Shown here: in pieces, positions 52,797-64,000 of the stretch
Position numbering within the stretch: position 1 is the first letter of the stretch
Layout: every line of letters begins with the position of its first letter
Origin: Lingula anatina
Lineage: Eukaryota > Animalia > Brachiopoda
Assembly: GCA_051362555.1 (NCBI GenBank)
Contig: CM120641.1
Coordinates: 7,750,001-7,814,000 of the forward strand
DNA: 64,000 nt
Direction: 5' to 3'
Made by a program: the position numbers and the translations under genes
Notes under the pieces: model-generated
What the model was told of the DNA's origin: nothing
Database searches by the model: none
The model's input: only the letters and a program-made list of their open reading frames with translations

Positions 52797-54916
52797 ACAA
52801 AATCAACAAATCAACAAGAGGGACGCTCCCTTCAGATCCACAAGAATAAACCAAGCTGAATTCTGCCATAAACTCACGTCTGCCATGAAAATCATAAATA
52901 CAACGACCCAGACAAATGTATTTTTCTTTTTACTGTTTTTTATATACCTTTTGTTGAGTTATCACAAATTACAATAACGCACTGGACCTACTGTTTATTA
53001 GCCTACACCAAAAGATAAAATGATGTACTAAAATGTGTTGTTCTATTTGTAAACGAAACAGCCATTACCATTATGACCACCCGTCGGTTTGTACTTACAC
53101 ATTGCCTATCGTTTTGGCAGTGTTCGGCAACTTGTTCTTAGTTCTCGGGGTTCTTTAAGATCCCTAGGCCTACATGTATCAAATGCTTGGAAAAATTAAC
53201 TGAGGAGTATTGCTAATGCTTCCTCATGTTTGACATCTGCTTTAATGGCTTTAATGTTATGCATGTTGTCACTATTATTCCCCTCGTAAGTGGTCTACTC
53301 AGAAAAAAAATTAAACAAACAAACAAACAAAAAAATTTTTTACTGTTACGACTGCGAATGCGGCGCGTATTGATTTCACCCCCATCTATAGCACTTTAGT
53401 TGTCATCTGTCTACACGTGCACTCAAGCACAGTAGCAGACTAGATTTAATTCAAAATTCCGTATTCTGATAACCGCTGAAAACACCCTACTTAGCAAATC
53501 AAGGTAAAACAAATCACCTTTTTATTGGCGTTAGTTCAAATGGGATTAGTTTAAAGTAAGAGCTTTTACTCCCGCAAACGTATACAACCAGTGGATAACA
53601 GATAAGGTTTTGAAAATTTAGAAACAGCACTACATGATCTGATCTAATCATTTTAAAAGACATAAAATGAATTACCCTAGAGATTAGTCGATTTTTTGGT
53701 ACTCTTTTACAAAAAGAATACTTTATTAGTATTTTTAAAGTTTTTGTGTGTGTGAACAGTATTAGTACGTAGTAGTAAGTCACGTACCTGTAGCACGAAA
53801 ATCTACATTGTGTACTAGTACGTTGGCACAGCTGTTCATAGGGTCTGATTGTGATATGTACTATAGGACTAAGGTGTTAACGTATGAAATGTATAGATAC
53901 GCATATCTGTAATTGTAAAATGACAGCCAGCTATTGCGTCAACTGTGCTGCACGGCCTCTCATTAAAACCTTTAACTTACCCGTCTCCTCCCCCAGTTGT
54001 ACACTACTGTAAAGCCAACCAGTTTTCCTATTGACAAAGCTGTGATTAAAGTAAAATTAATCTGCTTATCTGGCAGTTGTGCTGCTGTAAAATTACACAT
54101 TAAAAGTAAAAATGCAGGTCTAATAGCCACTGTGAACTGAGTTCTGAATGTGCAAGTTAGATCAAATAATGACTCAAACTTTTTACCTACGATGTACACT
54201 ACATGTACCTACTCCAGCACCAGTACACTTGAAGTTGCTCGTCCAGTGTGATTGCTTGAGAGTTTGTTTCCAGGTGGGAAATAATCCCCAACATACTATC
54301 ACTTTCAGATGTCTGTTTATGCAGGAATTTTTTTCTATCGTTAATTATCTCATAGTACTTGTCAACTTCGTATTGTTCAATATCTTGATCCTGAATCATG
54401 CCCCTACTTGCCTTTCTATAATGCATTAAGAGCAGATTTAGTTCTTTGAGTCTTTTTCTGTGTGGGTGGCTGTTTATTTCTGTACACAGTTTTGTTGCTT
54501 TCTTTTAAATTTTTATTTACATGTATCTTATTTACATGTGTTTGTCACCTAAAAATTGTGTCAGTCATGGCATTTCCATATTCTAACGCAGTGTACCTTG
54601 AGTATGTTCCAGCATACAATTGTTCTATTTATTACCTCCAAAATTGAATTAGTCTCCTTCACTGTCTGTGTGCGGGTGGAAACTTAGCCTATCGTTGTAG
54701 GTAACAAATTAACCTGTACCTGTGAACCAGTGGCTCTTTGTTTTAATCCCTGATCCATTATCATCTGGATTAATTCCCTTTTGAACACCAGCCTTAAATG
54801 ATTAGCCCCTACTGTAGCTACCTATAATGTCTTATATTTGTGCCATCGAGTCTGTCTTAATAAAATGCATCTTGTGATATGTTATCATAATATTTTTTAC
54901 TTTGCAGTGTGAATCC

Positions 54917-56346
54917 ATGGGAAAGGAAAAGAAAAGGAAAATGGATGATTCATCAAATCAAAATGTTGAAAGTAAAAAATCAAAAAAAGAAAAGAAAGAA
55001 AAGATTCCCAAATCAGGAGATGCCAAGAAAAAGAATGAAAAAATTAACAACTTGGTTAATAATGACAAATATTTATCAGATGAAGTAACAATTAGAAAGA
55101 GACACAAAGATGAGCGAAAACAAGTGGAAGCTGATGATAACTCAAATGATGAAGCTTCAGCTAAGAATAAAATCAGTGAAGAGAACAATGAAAATTTGAA
55201 CATGACCAAAAAAAGGACGGCAAATGAATCACAACAATTATGTACAGAAACAATAACAGAAAAAAAGAAGAAAAAGAAAGAAAAGAAGAAGGTTTCTTCT
55301 GAGACAGACAAGGTTGTAGGAGACAGTGAAAAGACAAGTGCTAGGGACTTAGCTTTGGAATATCTGAAAAAGTGGCATGAAAATAGAAAACAGTGGAGTT
55401 TTCAGAAAGTGCGTCAGGTGTGGATTCTGCAACACATGTATGATACACAGAAGGTACTTTAAATGTATATTACATTTGTTTTTTTAGTAACTACTAATTA
55501 CTGTAATTATTTTGATTATTATATAAAATGAACAAATGTTCTTTCACTTCTAAGGGTTTTCACCATGTATGCCACCTAACTTATCCTTGCTTTAAAAAGT
55601 ACATACAAAATAGGCCAAGTTCTGTGATCATGTGGCAAGAATCCCATGAGTGAAAGTTTTCAGGATTAGACCTGGTTTTTCGGTCTTCATTTTGATCATT
55701 TTTTCATATGGTCGAAATGCATTTGAGAAACTGCAAGCTACTGATGTGTTTTCAAGATTTTCAGTTTTTACAACCCAACCCATGACTTCCATTATGTAGG
55801 TTTACATTTTTAAACCTCTTTCATGTTCATTTTTAGGTACCAGATGAGGAGTTTAAAATACTTTTGGAATACATGGAGAATTCTAAGGGGAAGGCAAGGG
55901 AGAATACAATAAAACAAGCAGAAGTAGTGATTGAGAAATTTGAAGAAACAGATAATGACACAGGTATAGTTTGAAATCTTTTTAGATTGTATAATTATAT
56001 AAGGACTACCAATAGTGTTATTCTCAAACTATATTGGTTTACTGTACAATAAAAACAGAATAATACTGAAAAACAAATGAAACATTGTCATTAAATATGT
56101 GGAACATGAGAAATGTGCTGAGTATGCTAATACCTTTCTCATTACTTAAATTATGTTGTTGTTTTTTTTTTTTTGTTTTTTTTTCATTATAAATATTTTT
56201 AAAGTGTTAATTCTAATACAGTTGTTGTTCAAGTATTACTTTTGAAATGCAGTACTATACTTTAATTAAATATATTTCCACTTTGTTTTACAGCAGCTAA
56301 AGAGGGCTATATGCGAGCAAGACAAGTCCTGCAGATGCTAAGCTGA
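54917..56346 (+). CDS. C7orf50: C7orf50-like WKF-domain protein with Lys/Glu-rich N-terminus, ~238 aa
   Basis: Exons 54917-55453, 55837-55963, 56294-56346 (NAGNAG acceptor). ALEYLKKW...WSFQKVRQVWILQHMYD...VPDEEFKILLEYM...RARQVLQMLS* matches the WKF domain. An acceptor at 54907 implies an upstream non-coding exon. Confidence 0.85.
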
Positions 56347-57477
56347 CTATAAACACTCAGACAATATAAATGCTTGGAGACAGACATTTTTCATTACCCA
56401 AAAGGAGATAAATGCATAAAGTTATTTTTGATTAGGCCTTTATTTCTAGTTTCTAAAAATGTGTGATAACCTCCTTACACAGGCAACTTTTTATGAGCTA
56501 TCATTTTTTAAATTCCCCTCTCCATTGGATCTGTCTGTATGCATTCTGATCACTTGTGTATGTCTTTTGTCATTACCATCTCTGATGCTGTCTGATGTGT
56601 TAGTGAGTTGTGCACCATATAATTGCCAAACCACATTGTTTGTTTTACTGTAATTTTACTGGATGGCTTTGTGTGATAGAAAAAGAGATTGTTCCAAGAA
56701 AATCAGCAAGATCAAATTATTATTACAAATGTTATGCTTTTTGCATGTATTTTGGTGACATAACAAACATATGAAGCATAGGGAGAGGCTTCTGAAGTCA
56801 GACATATTGAGTGACAGCTATTGATATACACTCTTGATAAAAAAGCTTGTTGCACCTCTTTCATGTGACTGGAAATAATCACAACTGTAAACCATTTTAA
56901 GTAAAATTAAGTACAGCTATTTTTATTCCAGATTTAAACAACAACACGCATTGCCCCTTTAGAAAAATTTATCAGTTACTAACTACACTAGGACTGAAAA
57001 AATCACAACCAATAACAAATTTTAATAAGCTTTAATAAGAACATTAGGTCCACAGTGAAATAAAGATAAAAAACCCCATGTGCGTTTGATGAGGTGACGA
57101 CATAACTAGATGATGGAATGTTATTCCTTTATAGATAGTACCAGAATACCGGAGTATCTAAACACCAAATTACTGTGAATAACTTTGGCCCCTTTTGCCC
57201 TTGTGCACTTGATCTCGAGTTGTCCTTGGTTTCCTGGTGTCGTTGCCTATATGATTTTCATAAATATAAACTTAGATGTTGTTTTTACTCTACGGGTGGA
57301 ATTGCTTCTACTCTTAAAAATGTGTATCTTTGATGATTGATTAGCTTTTGATGACCATTTGCACTTAGTGGATCAAGCACTGCAGCTCAGCTGCTGGACA
57401 TGTGATGCTTGGACTTGATAGCCTCTGTTTGTTGCCAAACCAAATTAAACTACTATAACATTATCAAAAATGTTACA

Positions 57478-59640
57478 CTCCTGCCCTTAAATTTGTCATA
57501 AATTAAAACTAATAAAACTCCCTTTCTAATACTACGATTTTTGTAACTGGCTTTGTTAAGAGCATTGATCTTGTCTTGAATTTTACGGAACGCACTAGTT
57601 TGTCATCTCCTGGGTTCAATTGCATGATTCTGCCCAAAGGTCAGAGATTTCGGGGCATGTTCTCTTCCACCAGTAATACTAAATCTCCTTCAGACATTTG
57701 GTGATGCTGCGTGCCACTTCATATGACATTGTAATTCTGGCAAATACTGTTTGGTCCATTGCCACCAAAAGGTGGACCTGCCATGCATTGCACTTGGCGC
57801 CAGCATCTTCTGCGTCTTTCTGTTCTGTCACACATGGAGGAAGGAGAGGTCCATCGTTTAACATGAGCAATTGAATGGTCATTTGAATCTTCACTCACTG
57901 GAGTGATGGGTCAATTGTTGAATATGGCTTCATCTTCACACATCAAAGTGTACAAGGTTTTGTCACTCAGCGGCTGCTCTCGCATGAGACAGGTTAGCGT
58001 CTTTTTTATCTTCTGAATTTGTCACCCATGAAACTCGACAATGGTGGGTTAAATTTCCAAATAATCCCTTTTTTCAGAAGACTTCCAATAATTTTCTCCT
58101 GATCCAGCTCCATTTTCTGAGGAAATTGTCCTTGGCTTTCCTCATCTTGCTATAAACCTTCTAAGACCATTGATGAAGGAATCTGTGTCAAGACAAGTAT
58201 CTCTATGTGTATGGCTCGGGTTGTAAGGCATGTGAAGATATACCCATAGCATTTAATTCAGATCTTCCTCTTTTGACAGGAAAAGTGACGAAGCCTATAC
58301 CAGCTTGAGTAATAGTCAACTATGCGCTGCACTGGATTCCATTCAATCTTGGTTTTCTTACAAGGGTGTCTTGGTACAGTGCAGCCATGGGACACTTCTT
58401 GTGTACTCTTTTCCCTTGACGTCAAGATCTTCTTCATCTACTTCAAAGTATTGACTTTCATGGCACCATTCTGACTTATGTTTGCCTGAAAATTTGGTTC
58501 TGGTTTTCTCACTTGTTATATCTGTCTGTAGGATGCCTATCTCTGTATGTATTGTAATGAAGTGTGACGTCACTTTCTTATTTACTGTCGAATATTGGCT
58601 GGGCCATTCAAGGACCACCCAAGTATGGTCCTGGTGGCAAATGGTTTTCCACTGTTTCCTCTTCTTACTTCCAGTGGAATTAGAGCCTCAGAATTATCTT
58701 GTCCTATAAGGATTTCAACCTTGACATTTCCCTTGGCGAGGGGTATTCCCTTGAGGTCTGGGAAATGATCAACTTCTTTTGTTGGCAAGTTTGCTGGGAT
58801 GTTTTCTACTTCATAAACATCATTCTCCATGTGTCTGCCAATCCTTAGCTGTCTAATTCTAAATGGACACATTTCGTATTTTTTTCTTCATCCTCTTTGC
58901 TGAGCGTGCTTAGGCTGTAAGACGCTTCTCTGGTCTGCAATCCAAATGTCTTCACTTATATACAACTGTATTTGTACAAAAACTAGAGGTAGATGCACTA
59001 TCTAAAAGTGTGTATGAATAATACTGGGCATTTACTCTCACTTCTACAACTGGAAGATATGGTGCATCAAACTCAGTACTTGAGCTGCAATTGTTGATAG
59101 TAGATTTCTTGGGTATGGAGTTTTCTTCCTTGGAGATACATGTATGTAGAAATTTGGTGTTTCATGCCACACCCAGGTATGCTGCACACGGAGGGCTTTC
59201 TACAATTGAAGGTGGAGTGGTTGTTCATCAGACAATTTTCACAAAGTCGGTGAATTTTTTACTGAGTCTCGTCGCTCACTGACTTTCATGTCCTTGAATC
59301 TGGCAATACCAGAGGCGGTGAGTCTCTTCAGGCCAAGTGGTTGTTGTCTCTGAAACTGTTTTTTATGCATATGGGTCAGCACATGGAAGGCCGTCTTCTC
59401 TAACAAAGCCTGATCAAAACTGTCAATGATGTAATCAAGATTGTTTCCATGGTATATTAACAGCAGGGCCTTCTTCTGTACATGGTTTACAATGCCACAC
59501 CCACTGAATACATTACATTCCAATCTCCATAGCCATTCTGCCCGTCTTCTTTCTTTACCCTCTGAGAGACAATTGAATGGCTCTTAAGCCTGGGGCTGAA
59601 GCTGAATGGCTGCCATGTTCACTTTTTTTATTGCTCATGG
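57478..59640 (-). mobile_element. Decayed, internally deleted BEL/Pao LTR retrotransposon
   Basis: Frameshifted fragments on the - strand: protease-like YTLLDSASTSSFC (~58976-59014), VEILIGQDNSEALIPLEVRRG...PFATRTILGWSLNGP (58582-58872), integrase-like YGYIFTCLTTRAIHIE...DSFINGLRRFIAR (~58145-58250), and a C-terminal WPLGRIM...LVRSVK stretch (~57525-57660). Polypurine tract AAGGGCAGGAG is followed by TGTAACA (3' LTR starting at 57477 and running left). No RT motif seen. Outer boundaries are approximate. Confidence 0.8.
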
Positions 59641-60227
59641 GTCATGACCTACTGATGATCAATAAATACAAAGCCAATACTAGGATGTTACAGTTCCCAA
59701 CGGGGTGAGGGTAGGGATTAAAAAGGTGACAGCTCATAAAAACCTGCCAGTAACAGAAGACTATAATCACACCTTTTGAAATTAGATGTGCTTGTAGACC
59801 TTATCAATAGTTTTTTTTTTTTTTTTTTTTTTTTTTTTGTAATGACTCAAAGCCCAATAGAATAAATTAATTAATAGATATCTTTTTTAAAAGATTTTTC
59901 TTTCTTAAAAGAAAGTAAGGCTAGAATCAAATTGTACAAATGCCAATACTATGCTGAAAGAAACACTAATTTTTAAAAAGGCTTTTATTAACAAAAATAA
60001 ATCTGAAAAACAAATAAAAATGACTGCATTTTGGAAATAAAGCTTTGTTGGTGTCAATGCTGTGGGAAAACCTTTAGTACAATAAAGCTTGAACATAATT
60101 TTTGTGTTAGAAAGTTCTTGACCAAAGGCAGGTAAACAACATGAGAGGAGCCACTCTGAAGAAAGGCTGTAAAAGTTCCATTGCTGCTAAGCTTTTGCAA
60201 AGCACTTCCTGTTATTTCTCATTGAAA

Positions 60228-60495
60228 ACTAGAAAAGCACTCAGAGAGCGCAGACCTCCACCAAGGCAGCAAAGTCTCCATCCAATGCCATTTCACCCCT
60301 AAATTTTTGATATTTTTGATTATTGATTGATTATTGATCCGGATCACCACCAAAAACTTATTTCTTCCTTGGCCCACTTCTGACAGTTCCTGAAAATTTC
60401 ATCAAAAACGGTCGATAACTTTTTGAGTTATGTTAATGACAGACAGACAGAGAGACAAACGAACGGGTGAAAACATAACCTCCCTGGCGGAGGTA
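60228..60495 (+). mobile_element. Helentron/HINE-like non-autonomous element
   Basis: Subterminal inverted repeats ACCTCCACCAAGG (60254-60266) / CCCTGGCGGAGGT (60482-60494), a terminal hairpin ACCTCC-CTGGC-GGAGGT and an internal (GACA)n microsatellite. Confidence 0.65.
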
Positions 60496-62241
60496 GCTAA
60501 TCACCAATTTTGCAAAAAAAAAAAAAAAAAAAAAGCTTTACGGGAATTATTTTTACAATGTGTAAAATGATTCATACCATGTCTTTTAAATGTGTGGTCT
60601 GACATAAAACATTAGTTCAAGGTATGAAATAGTGTTGCATGAAATGCACAGTACTAGTAAGCAACGAGTTATAACTCCTTGTAGTAAGAAACCTTTTCTG
60701 TATCATTATTGGCTAGAAGTATTTGCTACTAATATATCTTGCACAAAGCACATGAAATGTCACATTAAGGACGGAACTTACTTGCCCGATTTAAGAAAGC
60801 TTTATCTTTAAATATGTACCTGAATTGAGATTTAATAATTTTGTCAAAGGTTATCATTTGTCATTCAATAAAAATTCACTTCATACTACTTCATAGTACT
60901 CTGGTACTCAATGAGATCAGGGAATTATATCGGATATAATTCCCTGATGAGATGTAGCAGGGCCTTTCAAATGTCGTGGGGTGAACTAAAATGAAAGTTC
61001 CTCATGGAAAAGAAAGAAATTATTATAATATGATGTAGACAGTCAACCAAGTCATTACTGTACTTTTAAAAGAGGTAGGAATATGCAACTGTTAATAATA
61101 AATTTATTTACCACAAGTTTTTGGTGTAAGAACAGCCTGCCGTTGTGATAAAAATTGGTACTCTTACCAGCATGCAATTTAAACAACTTATGCCTGATCA
61201 AATGTTCTTTTGTAAGTAGCATAAACAGATGTGAGACAAACAATGCACACAAGCATAATTTTCAAAACTTCAAAACATAAATTTTAATTATTCATCATTT
61301 ATGTAGAGACTGCAAGAAAAAGCCAAACTCCCTTTGTATGATTGCATACTTTGGCATTAAAAAGTACTTTTCATTTAAATCAATTCTTTTTATGTGGATG
61401 TAATTTGCATCTATAACATTTTTATCCTTAGTCAACAGAGAAAGTTGATTTATTCCCAAAGTTACGTCCTTTTTCCTTCCAAAGAAAGTCAATCTAGATG
61501 TGATATTGTCACAGATTTACCATCTGGATGTAGGTGGATTAATCCAGGTATCCTCTTCACCAGAAACCTCATACATAACACAAGGAGCAAAAGAGAGATG
61601 CTGCCTCCAATGAGGTAAGGGGAAGGGAGAGATACAGTTTCTCCTGATAACATTTCCATATAAAATCCAATTGCTAAAATATAAATATAATATGGGGGTA
61701 AATGGAAGTATTATCATACTATCTGGACCACAGACTGATTTTTCACCAGATATTTCACAGATATATCTTTCGTTTATTCATGAAAGTTTTCTCCACTATT
61801 AGAGAAAAGTGCACGTAAATCTGAGGCCCTGGTAGAGGGTACCAATACATGTGGTACTAACGTCACATGTACCACTACAGGTACTAATCACTACATGTAC
61901 TCACAACGATTCTCTGTCTCAGTAAAAACGAACTTCATAAGTACACAAATTAGCAAAATAATCTATTGTAACATAAGTTGTCGTTTACAACAGTACATCA
62001 AGCTTTAGAGAAATCACATGCTGCAATTATCAGATACGTTGCAGAAACACTGATACATGTCAACACGCGCTTGCTAGAGGGTATGTATGGAACTTTTTGA
62101 TTGGACATTGAAACTAGGTCATTTAAAATGGGTCACAAGTGTCAATAGTTGGAGGGGTGTAACATGCACAGCACAGACAACAGCGCCAACAACATCACTA
62201 AGGGGAAAGAACTATTAGATTAAATAGAGAGGCAATAAAAC

Positions 62242-63928
62242 ATGTCGCTTGCAGTTCCATTGAAAGATATCCAAAGGGCACAAACCACATTAAAGGGGAC
62301 AGCTTTAAGAACGCCGCTTGTCCCGTTGAATTACTCTGCTTCAGAAGGTATCAAGGTAAGTAGTAGTTTAAACATATGTTAGTACGGGTTGTACTGTTGT
62401 TCACTGAAACAAATGTGCAATTTTTTATAAGAGATTATTCTATGCGCCAATGTAAATGTGTAATTTACCTCCAATATATTTAGAGGAAATTTATACGGAA
62501 GACATACCCAGAACAGCTACTGGGGTATACAATATATGTAACTGCAACATGTACATGTACTCTACCCCCGTTACTCAATTGGTCAGTGTACAGGAGATTC
62601 ATTTGACTTTGTGGCAGTTAACAATAGAATACACATACAGGGTACTCTGTATCTGGTGAACCTGTTTTGACATCGTATATTTTTATAGGTTACATAGTAC
62701 AGTATGTAGGTACAGTATGTACATTTTGTAACATGTACCAGTATATCCAGCCAATAACTGATGATGATAGCATTTTCAATTTCTTCTATCCACTATAGAT
62801 TTACTTGAAACTTGAAAACCTACAACCTATTGGTTCATTCAAATTGAGAGGAGCTTACAACGCTATCAACTGTATTCCACATGAAGAACTATCTAATGGT
62901 GTTTACACTGCCAGTGCTGGGAACTTTGCCCAGGGTTTATCATGGGGAGCCAAGCAGATGAAGATACCATGTAATACTATTGTTCCAGACCATGCACCAC
63001 AGACCAAATTAGATGCCATTGAGAGACTAGGTGGAAAGTATTGCAAGGTGCCTTTTAATACATGGTGGACAGTCATTCAGGAGCATCACTACGATGGAGT
63101 TGCCGGGACCTTCATTCATCCAGTTTGTGAAAAGACTGTCATGGCAGGTTTGTTAAGACTACAAATTGCTTGATATGATAATTGGAAACTGGTTGTCTGC
63201 ACCTTGTGTTACGATCAGAGATAAATGGAAACTAACATCAACTGTTATATTTTGTTTTCAGTTATCCCCGAAACCTACTTTCTTGGTGCTCTTGATTTAA
63301 TATATCTCCTTTTCCCATCAGTCCAAATGCAAATACATCTTTATAGTCTCTTGTCTAAGAAACCAGCCCGATGAAAAAATAATATATGCTCTGTATTTCT
63401 TTGTCAATTTAATTTTCTGATATAGGTAATGGTACTATTGGACTTGAGATTTTAGAAGACCTTCCAGAAGTTGATGCTGTAATAATGCCATTTGGTGGTG
63501 GTGGACTAAGCTGTGGCATTGCCTCAGCTTTTCATGCTCTCAAACCTAGTGCCAGAATGTATGCTTGTGAAGTAGAAACTGCTGCACCGCTGGCTGAGTC
63601 ATTCAAGATACAAAAACCTACTTCCTGTGATTACAAGGCAAGTTTTGTGGATGGCATGGGAGGGAAGTCCGTACTTGATGAGATGTGGCCAATGGTAAAG
63701 GAACTTCTCATAGATTCTTTGGTAGTCAGCTTACAGGAGGTGGCAGATGCAGTGAAGTTATTGGTGGAGAGAAATCGTGTAGTGGCAGAAGGTGCTGGTG
63801 CGGCCCCCGTGGCGGCAGCACTGGCTGGGAAAGCAGGCACTGGGAACATTGTATGTGTTATATCTGGAGGAAACATTGACACGGATAAACTGATACCAAT
63901 TCTTCAAGGAAAGGTACCCGTCAAATAG
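62242..63928 (+). CDS. PLP-dependent (fold type II) serine/threonine dehydratase / serine-racemase-family enzyme, ~321 aa
   Basis: Exons 62242-62355, 62799-63147, 63426-63928, phase-consistent. Motifs RTPL, LKLENLQPIGSFKLRGA (PLP lysine), SAGNFAQG, GNGTIGLEI, PFGGGGL, EGAGAA and ISGGNID. No ACT regulatory domain. Confidence 0.9.
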
Positions 63929-64000
63929 TATCCTAATTACTACAGTTACTGGTTTCATATACTATGTAAGCAGCAAATAAGACAGAAACAATTTTCAGAA

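Noticed and set aside
54199-54426. 75-aa minus-strand ORF with protein-like composition
   Set aside because: There is no recognisable domain or consistent splice partner. It could be a transposon remnant, but that cannot be supported without a search.
54958-55311. 117-aa Phe/Ser/Leu-rich antisense ORF
   Set aside because: It is the mirror image of the Lys/Glu-rich C7orf50 exon.

Overview
AT-rich, intron-containing animal genomic DNA, probably an invertebrate such as a lophotrochozoan (the taxon is inferred). It holds six spliced genes, which I reconstructed by hand from GT-AG sites and reading-frame phase: CCT4 (-, 3' part runs off the left edge) head-to-head with DTL/CDT2 (+), syntaxin-8 (+), netrin (-), a C7orf50/WKF-domain gene (+) and a PLP-dependent serine/threonine dehydratase-family gene (+). 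It also holds several non-autonomous DNA transposons, including a 3-kb TIR element with a nested TTAA MITE, and a decayed BEL/Pao LTR retrotransposon. The most notable observation is that the netrin gene has two diverged, intact, tandem 189-bp copies of the LE2 (V-2) exon separated by only 46 nt. This is the architecture of sterically enforced mutually exclusive exons, and it would swap the receptor/heparan-sulfate-binding EGF module. A probable U12-type intron in STX8 and a duplicated STX8 terminal-exon acceptor are also seen. No rRNA, tRNA or CRISPR array was found.
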